A stretch of 64,000 nt of DNA from Candidatus Woesearchaeota archaeon (lineage in GTDB: Archaea > Nanobdellota > Nanobdellia > Woesearchaeales > JACJVW01): assembly GCA_020637435.1 (NCBI GenBank), contig JACJVW010000001.1:699009-763008 (forward strand), written 5' to 3'. The notes beneath the pieces are model-generated. The model saw nothing but the letters and a program-made list of their open reading frames with translations, did no database searches and was not told the DNA's origin. A program made the translations under genes and the position numbers. Positions within the stretch are counted from its first letter, which is position 1. Every line of letters begins with the position of its first letter. Positions 17,589 to 26,017 of this stretch are shown in pieces.

Positions 17589-18694
17589 GAAAAAAAGGAA
17601 TGGTGTTTTACGTTGGCATTGTCCTCGTTGCTCTAGTCCTACTCACGACAACTATGATATCTCTCAAAGGACTTCAGGATGAACTGCCTGACTATCCGAT
17701 AGGTGAACAGCAGTTCTCCATCCTTAATGCATATGAATCCATCTCAAAAGACGGGGAAGACCTTGCATGGATGGCAAAAAAAGCCGCAGACCGTGCTATG
17801 CTTGACCTTGCAAAGAACGGGGGGCACAATGTCATCAAAGAATCAGAAAGCGCAAGTGACAACCCCTGCGGAACATCCGGCAATTTTGAGCTGTGGAACC
17901 TTGGCACGACCGAGTGCTTCCCTGATCCGCAAAGCGCGTTTGAGTCCTACTTCAACGACCACATGCTCGACATGCAGCTGCGTTGGGGTCAGGAGCCTGT
18001 CTCCTACTCACTCACTCTCTCTGATGAAGTCATTTATGGCTCTGCCGGAAGAAAAGTCCAGTACACAAAACCGGTGCGGGCAATTCCCGTGCCGATAACC
18101 GGCACCTCACAGATAGTCTGTCCAGCCATGCAGCTCAGCGCAGTAACCTATGCCACAGCAAATGCCATCAATGGCGATGTGCATGGGTGCACACAGGCAA
18201 AAAGAGATGCAAAGGAATGTACCTTCCTCCTTCCTTCCGAGTTTGCATCACTCTGTGCTGTTGAAGACCCCCGAGTGGAAATTGCCAGACCAGGGGGCAA
18301 TGCCATGGTCCCAGAACTTGCGCAGTTCCTTGTGGATATTGCTGCAAAATGGCAGGCGATAGAATGCGCAGGCGTTGATAACTGTCAGGCAAGACTCCAT
18401 GTCTCAAGCATAGGCACAGGGCGTCACAGCGCTGGAAGTATGCACAATCTGGGCAGGGCAATAGATGTCAGCCGCTGTATCGACAAAGACGGCAAGACCC
18501 ACTATGCATCAAGCTACAATACCTATGACACAAGCACCGTATACGGCCGCTGCTACAAGATGGTCTATGACGAAGCACGGGATCGAGGCTTCAACTTCAT
18601 CGGCCAGTGGAGCTGCCTGGGCTTCACAGCCGAGACCTGCAGCGAGCAAAAACTCTACCACTCCGACCATATGCATATAGATTACAGAACATGA
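17585..18694 (+). CDS. Pilin-like N-terminus fused to LAS-family (peptidase M15/VanY-like) zinc peptidase domain
   Basis: MRKKG|MVFYVGIVLVALVLLTTTMI. C-terminal GRHSAGSMHNLGRAIDVS matches SxHxxGxAxD. Followed by HSDHMHIDY (second His ligand motif). Confidence 0.7.
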   Translation: MRKKGMVFYVGIVLVALVLLTTTMISLKGLQDELPDYPIGEQQFSILNAYESISKDGEDLAWMAKKAADRAMLDLAKNGGHNVIKESESASDNPCGTSGNFELWNLGTTECFPDPQSAFESYFNDHMLDMQLRWGQEPVSYSLTLSDEVIYGSAGRKVQYTKPVRAIPVPITGTSQIVCPAMQLSAVTYATANAINGDVHGCTQAKRDAKECTFLLPSEFASLCAVEDPRVEIARPGGNAMVPELAQFLVDIAAKWQAIECAGVDNCQARLHVSSIGTGRHSAGSMHNLGRAIDVSRCIDKDGKTHYASSYNTYDTSTVYGRCYKMVYDEARDRGFNFIGQWSCLGFTAETCSEQKLYHSDHMHIDYRT

Positions 18695-20271
18695 GACTCG
18701 AACTGACACTTGTAGGACTAATAGCAATGATTGTCCTAGTCAGAATATTCATTCCTGTAGACACCGTAACTGGTATGGCATCTTCTGATGAAGGAGAGAT
18801 TGACGAAGGGATCAAGCAAGTGCTCATGGAATACTTCATCGACTACGATTCACTTCAGGCACAGCTCGAGCAACGACAGGAACAGATTGACCTTGTTCAG
18901 CAGGTAGGTGCAAGGCAGGGTCTGCCGGATACCTTCTATCCTGCACATCTTTTCATTATCTCAAACGGGCTCTACGAACAGACAACCTGTTCACAGGTCG
19001 CGGAACTCTTCTGGATTGAAGAGTGCCAGGGCCTGCCAAAAGATGAATGTGAGGCCGAAATGCATTGCACAGCCTGCGAAGAAGGTGGATGCGGATGCAG
19101 CCTTTTCAAGAATTATCCGCTAACCTATCATGCAGTATCCTGCAATTTTGGTATGGGGCAAGTCTCGTTTAAAGACGCGTACAATCTTGGCTATAGCGGA
19201 CCTGTTGAAGGTTTGGAAGACACCGAGACAAACCTTCGCATGTATTTCCTCACTATGAAACGGCTTAACGAAGATGCAAGAACCCAGACCATCATTGACC
19301 GCATCATTGCTCATGACATAGGTCTTGAACGCCTAACGCAAATAAAAGAGACCTATGGAGAAACCTTCGAGGAATACTACATCGCACTGCCTTTTCCAAA
19401 AAGATACGCGATTCTTGCGGGAAAAGTGCTGACCATCGCAAGCGTTCTGCAAGAACCCACCAACGATGACCTTGAAGAACACATCGAGAATGCGCTCTCA
19501 CGCTTGAGCATACCTCCTGTTGAGCAAATCTCCTCAGTAAGGATGAGTTCTCTGCCACGCTTCCGCATAGATGAGGACTACGCGCTAAGCCAAATGTCCC
19601 AGATGAAAGAAGACGCAAAAAATCTCATCAGCACCTGCAAAGGCGAAGAGCGCGTAGAGCAGTGCGTGCAGGACAATCTCCCAAAAGACTGGCAGACCGG
19701 AAGCACCTGCGCAACCGTTTTTGACAAAGCGATAGCGTACATCGACCAATGCGCATCCGCCATCAATCCACCCTGCAATTGTTTCTATGACTCTATCAAA
19801 CAGGACGAAACCATTACATTCACAAACACTGACGGCGGCATTCGTGTCGCTGTTGGAAGAGAAGCTTCCACCCTCGCGGGAGTACGGCTTGAGGAACCCT
19901 CCATTGTTTTCAACGAAGATACCATGGACTGGCTAAGTCTCCCCATCATCGGTGATGACCAGAAATTCATTGGCAATCTGGGAAGCGGAAAGATTGGCTT
20001 TGTTGACAAAGGAACCTCCGGGTGTAAATATCCTGATACAAAAATAGTCAGATTCTGTGCAGACACAGGACAAACCATCACTCATGTAGCAGGTAGCGAG
20101 ATACGCGAAGAGCAACTCATCTATCGTTTTGCGCTTGATTTTAGGGATGTTCAGGAGGGGCCTTACACCTTTGGTGAGACCGTTCCCACTGATGGTCATG
20201 CATTAGTCATAACCAAAATTGTTACACAGCAGGACCAACTCAATGCAGTAACAGGGGTGGCTGGACAATGA
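18691..20271 (+). CDS. N-terminally anchored Cys-rich extracellular protein (526 aa from ATG 18691)
   Basis: The ATG at 18691 overlaps the upstream stop (ATGA). MRLELTLVGLIAMIVLVRIFIPV. Cys cluster ECQGLPKDECEAEMHCTACEEGGCGC. No family assigned. Confidence 0.6.
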   Translation: MRLELTLVGLIAMIVLVRIFIPVDTVTGMASSDEGEIDEGIKQVLMEYFIDYDSLQAQLEQRQEQIDLVQQVGARQGLPDTFYPAHLFIISNGLYEQTTCSQVAELFWIEECQGLPKDECEAEMHCTACEEGGCGCSLFKNYPLTYHAVSCNFGMGQVSFKDAYNLGYSGPVEGLEDTETNLRMYFLTMKRLNEDARTQTIIDRIIAHDIGLERLTQIKETYGETFEEYYIALPFPKRYAILAGKVLTIASVLQEPTNDDLEEHIENALSRLSIPPVEQISSVRMSSLPRFRIDEDYALSQMSQMKEDAKNLISTCKGEERVEQCVQDNLPKDWQTGSTCATVFDKAIAYIDQCASAINPPCNCFYDSIKQDETITFTNTDGGIRVAVGREASTLAGVRLEEPSIVFNEDTMDWLSLPIIGDDQKFIGNLGSGKIGFVDKGTSGCKYPDTKIVRFCADTGQTITHVAGSEIREEQLIYRFALDFRDVQEGPYTFGETVPTDGHALVITKIVTQQDQLNAVTGVAGQ

Positions 20272-21176
20272 AACTGCTCACAACCCTCCTAGCCGTTCTA
20301 CTTATCCTGCCCTCAGTAGCAGCTATCTGTGAAGACATGCAGTACGCGCAGTATCCTCTTTCGCCTGAGCTCTACAGGTTCTATCTCTACGACCATCGGG
20401 CAATTGACGTAACACTTCCAGAATTTCAATCGGAGAATCCAACAATCACTCTGGGACAGCAAATCTGTCTGCCAAAAAAGATTTCAAACAAACTTTCCTT
20501 AAGCGAAGGTGAGACCATCATCAACCTTTGGCAGTTCTATGGTGCGCCCCGCGGTTACTCTCTAAGCGAGACCGCTCTAAAAATTCTAGACAAGCAAGAC
20601 CCAACAACCGCTGCACTCTACCGTTCATCTCCCGGGCGCTTTGACCCTTACTCCTTTTCAGTTCAGCATCCGCTAAATACCGGCACTCTCGATTGGGAAG
20701 GAGCACCACTACCGCCACAACAAAACGAAAACGTTTTGCAGGTCATCGATACCAAAATTTTACCCAGTACGCTAATCGATGAACTCATCCTTGATGACCT
20801 TCAAGGCATCCAAAGGGAATACTCGGTAAGCGAAGAATTCATCGAGCTCATCACCAATCTTGCTGTACAAAGGACAAACAGTGGTGTCGACATTCGTGTA
20901 ATTGTCCTTGAGACGTCCTTCCTTGATGAAAGCTCCATCTCCTACAATGCCATTGCAGCGTCCGCATTCGAGAGAAAATTCAAGGACCGTGAACGTAAGC
21001 AGGCAGTAGTTGTCCTTGAGCGCGACAGAGCAATTTCTGTAGTCTATAATCCTGACCTCTTCGATGAAGAAATCATCAACAGGGAGGTTGCCTACGCAAC
21101 AGACCTTCTAGAACTCGGCGATAGCAGTCTCAACATATTAAAGAGCGTAACACAGGGGATAGTCGATGCGTCGTGA
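20268..21176 (+). CDS. Secreted protein with classical signal peptide
   Basis: MKLLTTLLAVLLILPSVAAICED. ATGA overlap with the upstream gene. Confidence 0.6.
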   Translation: MKLLTTLLAVLLILPSVAAICEDMQYAQYPLSPELYRFYLYDHRAIDVTLPEFQSENPTITLGQQICLPKKISNKLSLSEGETIINLWQFYGAPRGYSLSETALKILDKQDPTTAALYRSSPGRFDPYSFSVQHPLNTGTLDWEGAPLPPQQNENVLQVIDTKILPSTLIDELILDDLQGIQREYSVSEEFIELITNLAVQRTNSGVDIRVIVLETSFLDESSISYNAIAASAFERKFKDRERKQAVVVLERDRAISVVYNPDLFDEEIINREVAYATDLLELGDSSLNILKSVTQGIVDAS

Positions 21177-21726
21177 ACTGCGAGTTATTGGCATTGACGA
21201 TGGTCCTTTCGATAAATTCAAAGTGAAAAGCACCTTGCTGGTAGGCACCTATTTTCGAGGAGGGCAGGTACTTGACGGTATCCTCTCAACTAAAGTACGC
21301 ATTGACGGTGCCAACGCTAACCTAAAGATAGCCGATATGGTGAATAGTTCTAAATTCAAAAAAGACCTTCGTGCAATCCTCCTTGGAGGCATCACGGTCG
21401 GCGGTTTTAACATCATCGACATCATCAAATTATACCACGCCACTCATGTTCCAATCATCGTATTCCTTAGAAAACGACCAAACATAACAAAATTTAAGGC
21501 AACCCTTCGCAACCTGGGTATGGAAAAGAAAACCCTTGCAGTCGACCACGCGGGACCGCTGCACAAAGTAAACAACAACTTCTACCAGTATGCGGGCATC
21601 ACGGCAGAAGAAGCCGCTCAGATAATCAGCCTCACGACCACCAACGCAGAAATCCCCGAACCCTTGCGCTTAGCGCACATCATCGCAGCAGGTATTGTAC
21701 GTGGAGAATCCTACGGAAACGCGTAA
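21166..21726 (+). CDS. DUF99/UPF0215 family protein (archaeal EndoV-like fold)
   Basis: RVIGIDDGPF...LLVGTYFRGGQVLDGILSTKVRIDG...ILLGGITVGGFNIID is characteristic of UPF0215. Confidence 0.7.
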   Translation: MRRELRVIGIDDGPFDKFKVKSTLLVGTYFRGGQVLDGILSTKVRIDGANANLKIADMVNSSKFKKDLRAILLGGITVGGFNIIDIIKLYHATHVPIIVFLRKRPNITKFKATLRNLGMEKKTLAVDHAGPLHKVNNNFYQYAGITAEEAAQIISLTTTNAEIPEPLRLAHIIAAGIVRGESYGNA

Positions 21727-21783
21727 GGCAATACTGCAATATCGCGAAAAAAAGGGGTATACTGCAAAGATGCCAGCCCACAT

Positions 21784-22536
21784 TCAGAACTCAAGGTCGT
21801 AATTCTTATTCAACTTACCCTTCTGCCAATCATCAATGACCTTGTTCCCTGCTCGTTTAAGATCTGGTAATCCTCCTTTAGCCAGAAAAGAGAACTTCTC
21901 AGCTATCTCAGTAAGCATATCTTCCTCGTCTTCCGAGTCGTTAATACCATATGACTCAAGCACGGCATCACGCTGTGCTACGATCAGCGAAAGTGCGACA
22001 AACTCTGGGTCCTTAATCTGATGGATGCTCTTCGCACCAATCAGTGCATGTTTCGCCTCATCGGATTCCTTAAAAGCAAGCACACCGGGAGTATCAAGGA
22101 TCTGTATCCTGTTGTCTATCCTGACTTTTTGGAGTCCTTTAGTGTAACCGGACACGCTGCTCGTTTTCGCAGCTTTCTTGCCTTTGAGCGCATTGATCAC
22201 AGAACTCTTCCCTGTATTCGGGTAGCCGATAACGCCGACAACAACCTCCCTTTCAGGAGCGTACCGCAGGATCCTCTCACGAAGCATAGTCATGCCGTAC
22301 ATCTTCTTCGTCGACACAAAAACAGATGGCTTTAGTTTTTTCTTCCATGCTTCCGCATGCCCTTGGCTGACCAGGTCGCACTTATTCAGTACATAGATGA
22401 GCTGTTTTCCTGACTTCTCAACCTTCCGTTCAAGCTCCTCATTACGTGAGATATCAGGGACACGTGCGTCAAGCACTTCGAGGATGATGTCTGATCGTGC
22501 GATGACCTCGTGGATCACATTCCAGAACTGCGCCAT
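21784..22536 (-). CDS. Circularly permuted ribosome-biogenesis GTPase (YlqF/RbgA/Nug-like)
   Basis: G4 NKCDL precedes G1 GYPNTGKSSVIN and G3 DTPGV. Confidence 0.8.
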   Translation of the reverse strand: MAQFWNVIHEVIARSDIILEVLDARVPDISRNEELERKVEKSGKQLIYVLNKCDLVSQGHAEAWKKKLKPSVFVSTKKMYGMTMLRERILRYAPEREVVVGVIGYPNTGKSSVINALKGKKAAKTSSVSGYTKGLQKVRIDNRIQILDTPGVLAFKESDEAKHALIGAKSIHQIKDPEFVALSLIVAQRDAVLESYGINDSEDEEDMLTEIAEKFSFLAKGGLPDLKRAGNKVIDDWQKGKLNKNYDLEF

Positions 22537-22627
22537 AAAAGCCGTAAAAGATCCCCCTTAATAAAAAGCTTACCAATGTAGTTCCCACTCTACATAAGAA
22601 CTTCCTTTGTAGCGCCGAAGACAATAG

Positions 22628-24544
22628 TTAGAGCTCAACCTTGACCACGTCGCGATCAAGTTTTGCTATAGAATCACTCGCCAATTGACGCAGTTCCTCA
22701 GTCATGCTTGCTTTCTTAAGCTGTCTAAGCAGATCGATGGATTGTCTGAACAATCTAATGAGGTCGCCTTCTTCAAGAGTACTGTACTCGAACAGTTCTT
22801 CGAACGTAGCACCATTGGCCCAGGCCTTAGTGATGCGGATGACATTATTCAGATGTCTCTTGTTAAGATTCTTCATCACATACTGGTTGTTCGAAAGTTT
22901 CTTGAAGATCCTGTCCGAAGTAGGAAACTCCTTGCGTATACCATAGAACCTGTCACCTCTGCGACCCTCATAGGCTATGGCGACCACGACAAGAAGGGCT
23001 TCCATATCACTAAGCCGTTTGTAAAGGTCAGTCGCGAAGATCTCTGCGATAAGGATCTCATTTGCATAGATATGCCGCACGAACCATCCTTTCTCGGTAA
23101 GTTCATCATTTTTCACATAACCCATTTTTTCAAGCATGCGCTTCTTATGGTTCCAGCTCGCAAGGATTCTTACCTGTTTGCTGCCCTGCTTACGAAGGAA
23201 ATAGTCGAAATTGCTTTTTAGGATAGTCTCTATCTCTGAATCATCGTGGTTATTGATGAGGTTGATGATAGTATTGATGGAAAGTTTGAATTGAGAGATG
23301 ATAGGTTCCCGGTCCGCTTCGCTGAACTGCCTGATCTTCTCAAGACTGTCGCTTCGTCTATCGTACACGATTATTGATGTGCCTTCTTTATCGATGCCAC
23401 GACGCCCAGCCCGCCCAGCCATCTGGAAATACTCTTTTGAATTGAAGTATCGAAAACTGATGCCGTCGAACTTCTGCACGGCGTTGAAGCAGACGGTCTT
23501 CGCGGGCATGTTGATCCCTACCGCAAAAGTCTCGGTTGCGTACAGCACTTTGATAAGTCCCTCCGCAAAAAGGTGTTCTACTACATTCTTAAGGTCCGGC
23601 AGCATACCTGCATGGTGGTATGCTATTCCTTTATTGATGACTGCACGAAGTGATTGAGCGCTCTGCATCCTTTTAAGATCGGGCTTCATATACCTGCTAT
23701 AGATCTCAGTGATCCTCTGCTTCTGTTCCTGGCCGGGAAAATCGAATGCTTTGGCAAGCTCTCTGGCTTTAGCCTCACAGTTCTTCCTGGAGAATACGAA
23801 GAATATCGCGGGTAGTCCAAACGATCTGATGTCTCTGATAAGGTCAACATGGGATGCAAGCTTTTCCCTGTGCTTCTTTCTCTGCTTTCCTCTGGGCGGC
23901 GCAAGTCTTGGATCGTCAAGCGTCTCTTCCAGCTCATCTGCGGTGCAGATACCTATGTGCGCATCATAGAAAAGATGCGTCAGCGGGACCGCGCGCTTAT
24001 CATACCTCACCACATCCACATCATGGTCCTTTATTGATGCAATCCAGTCAGCAAACTGTCGTGCGTTAGGGATAGTGGCAGACAAACATAGAAAACGCAC
24101 ATGCTCTCCTGAAAAGATTAGGCTCTCTTCCCAGACTACGCCTCTCTCAATATCGTTGATAAAGTGGATCTCATCAAAGACAATATACGACAAGTCCTGG
24201 AGCATAGGGTCATTCACCATAAGCATATTCCGGTAGATCTCGGTAGTCATAACCACCACAGGGGCGGTGGGATTGATGACTACGTCACCTGTCATAATCC
24301 CTACCTTCTCTTCACCATAGGAGGCCTTGAAATCCTTATACTTCTGGTTTGTAAGCGCCTTAATCGGTGCTGTATAGAACACTCGTTTGCCTGCTTCCAT
24401 ACTCATATCAATTACATAATCAGCAATGAGAGTCTTACCGGTTCCGGTTGCAGCACTAACTACAACACTATGGTTCCGCTCCAGGCTCTCGATAGCCTCA
24501 ACCTGGAACTTATCCAGCGTATATCCCTTATACTCCATACTCAA
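22628..24544 (-). CDS. Ski2-like SF2 RNA helicase (HelY/Mtr4-like)
   Basis: SAATGTGKT (motif I), FDEIHF (motif II, DEIH), SAT, HHAGMLP, QMAGRAGRRG (motif VI). Confidence 0.8.
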   Translation of the reverse strand: MSMEYKGYTLDKFQVEAIESLERNHSVVVSAATGTGKTLIADYVIDMSMEAGKRVFYTAPIKALTNQKYKDFKASYGEEKVGIMTGDVVINPTAPVVVMTTEIYRNMLMVNDPMLQDLSYIVFDEIHFINDIERGVVWEESLIFSGEHVRFLCLSATIPNARQFADWIASIKDHDVDVVRYDKRAVPLTHLFYDAHIGICTADELEETLDDPRLAPPRGKQRKKHREKLASHVDLIRDIRSFGLPAIFFVFSRKNCEAKARELAKAFDFPGQEQKQRITEIYSRYMKPDLKRMQSAQSLRAVINKGIAYHHAGMLPDLKNVVEHLFAEGLIKVLYATETFAVGINMPAKTVCFNAVQKFDGISFRYFNSKEYFQMAGRAGRRGIDKEGTSIIVYDRRSDSLEKIRQFSEADREPIISQFKLSINTIINLINNHDDSEIETILKSNFDYFLRKQGSKQVRILASWNHKKRMLEKMGYVKNDELTEKGWFVRHIYANEILIAEIFATDLYKRLSDMEALLVVVAIAYEGRRGDRFYGIRKEFPTSDRIFKKLSNNQYVMKNLNKRHLNNVIRITKAWANGATFEELFEYSTLEEGDLIRLFRQSIDLLRQLKKASMTEELRQLASDSIAKLDRDVVKVEL

Positions 24545-24770
24545 ATGTATGCCGTCCAGTCTATTTAAAACCCCGCATTACATGACAATAGTGTGGTACA
24601 AAGAAACACTCTTTTTCTGTACATCTCCCGATTCTCAGGGTGTCTCTTCTATAAGCTCCCTCAAATGCTAGAAACCACTCCAAGAACAGCAAAAAACTCC
24701 TAAAGCCTTCTAAACAACTTTATCACATGGCAAATGCCTGTCTACGTTCTTTATCTAAAACGAAGCATAA

Positions 24771-24780
24771 TTTTATATAT
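24771..24780 (+). promoter_or_regulatory. TATA box for ABC ATPase gene
   Basis: ttttatatat centred about 28 nt before the ATG at 24803. Confidence 0.45.
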
Positions 24781-24802
24781 CTCGACAACGGAATTTCGCC
24801 TA

Positions 24803-26005
24803 ATGATTAGTCTCAAGTCTCATAAGGGCGATATTGATAAGGCTCTTGACGATGCTGACCTTATCCAGAAGAGTATCAAAAGCATCTCTGAATACGTCTT
24901 TAAGCAGATGGAATCGGGCCTTTCAGAGAAGCATGCGCTTCAGATGCTCCATGAGCGTCATCTGGACGATCAGATTATCGAAAAAATCATGGCTGCTGCT
25001 AAGAAGATGCAGGATGAGAAAAAAGCGTCTGAAGTTGATATCCAGGACGTTGCGGGCAAATCAGCAATGAAAGTCCATGCGGTATCCAAAGCCTTCGGCG
25101 AAAATCAAGTGCTCAAAGAGGTCTCACTCGATATCAGCAAAGGAGACCTGGTCGGTATCATAGGGCTTTCCGGTTCAGGAAAGACAACTCTCCTAAGTAT
25201 ACTCATCGGCTTGCTCCAACCTGAAGAGGGCGCTGTATACTTTAGGCATCCCTCACACGACAAGCTTCTGCCTGTGCTTGACAAGAAGCGTGAGATGACT
25301 AAGGTTTTCGGCTTCGCTCCTCAGGATCCGTCCTTTTACAGCAAGCTTACCGTTTGGGAGAACCTTGACCATTTCGGTTCACTCTACAACATTCATGCCC
25401 ACGACAGAAAAGAGACCATCACTTCTCTACTTGAACTGGTAGGCTTGGAAAATGCGCACAAAACCCTTGGGGAGAATCTCTCCGGCGGTATGCAGCGAAG
25501 ACTTGGTATAGCCTGTTCACTCATCCATAATCCAGAGGTGCTCATCCTGGACGAGCCGACCGCAGACCTTGACCCTGTCATGCGAAAGGAAATATGGAAT
25601 CTCATCAAAGAAATTAACAACCATGGGCGCACAGTCATCCTGACTTCTCATTTTTTAAGTGAAGTAGAGGGTCTCTGCAATAAGATTGCCATTCTGCATG
25701 GTTCAAAGATTGTGGCGTATGGCACCCCTAATCAGCTCAAAGACGGCTACTCCAAGAACGAGGAGATTCGTCTTGAGACACATAAAGGGGACTACAAAGA
25801 CATCATGAAGGCGCTCAAGGATCACAAATTGGACATTAAACAGATGGCCGTGCGTGATCATCGTCTGGTGCTATATGCGCCGCAGGCTGATAAGATGCTT
25901 AGGCAACTGCTCGGTATTCTGGAGAAACAGGGCGAGAAGATCGTCGACGTTGAGCTCAACAAACCTTCCCTAAACGAAGTGTTTGAGTCTATCGTGGTAA
26001 AATAA
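24803..26005 (+). CDS. ABC transporter ATP-binding protein with ~90-aa helical N-terminal extension
   Basis: Walker A GLSGSGKTT, signature LSGGMQRR, Walker B LILDEPTADLD. Start moved to 24803 on promoter spacing; the track ORF starts at 24734. Confidence 0.8.
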   Translation: MISLKSHKGDIDKALDDADLIQKSIKSISEYVFKQMESGLSEKHALQMLHERHLDDQIIEKIMAAAKKMQDEKKASEVDIQDVAGKSAMKVHAVSKAFGENQVLKEVSLDISKGDLVGIIGLSGSGKTTLLSILIGLLQPEEGAVYFRHPSHDKLLPVLDKKREMTKVFGFAPQDPSFYSKLTVWENLDHFGSLYNIHAHDRKETITSLLELVGLENAHKTLGENLSGGMQRRLGIACSLIHNPEVLILDEPTADLDPVMRKEIWNLIKEINNHGRTVILTSHFLSEVEGLCNKIAILHGSKIVAYGTPNQLKDGYSKNEEIRLETHKGDYKDIMKALKDHKLDIKQMAVRDHRLVLYAPQADKMLRQLLGILEKQGEKIVDVELNKPSLNEVFESIVVK

Positions 26006-26017
26006 AGAGGTGGCTAC

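Noticed and set aside
18691-20271. Possible lytic transglycosylase (SLT) motifs FGMGQV and AYNLGYSG in the Cys-rich protein
   Set aside because: The two motifs are only 7 residues apart, whereas the SLT GLMQ and AYNxG motifs are tens of residues apart. There is no convincing catalytic ES motif at the right distance. I treat the resemblance as chance until a profile search says otherwise.
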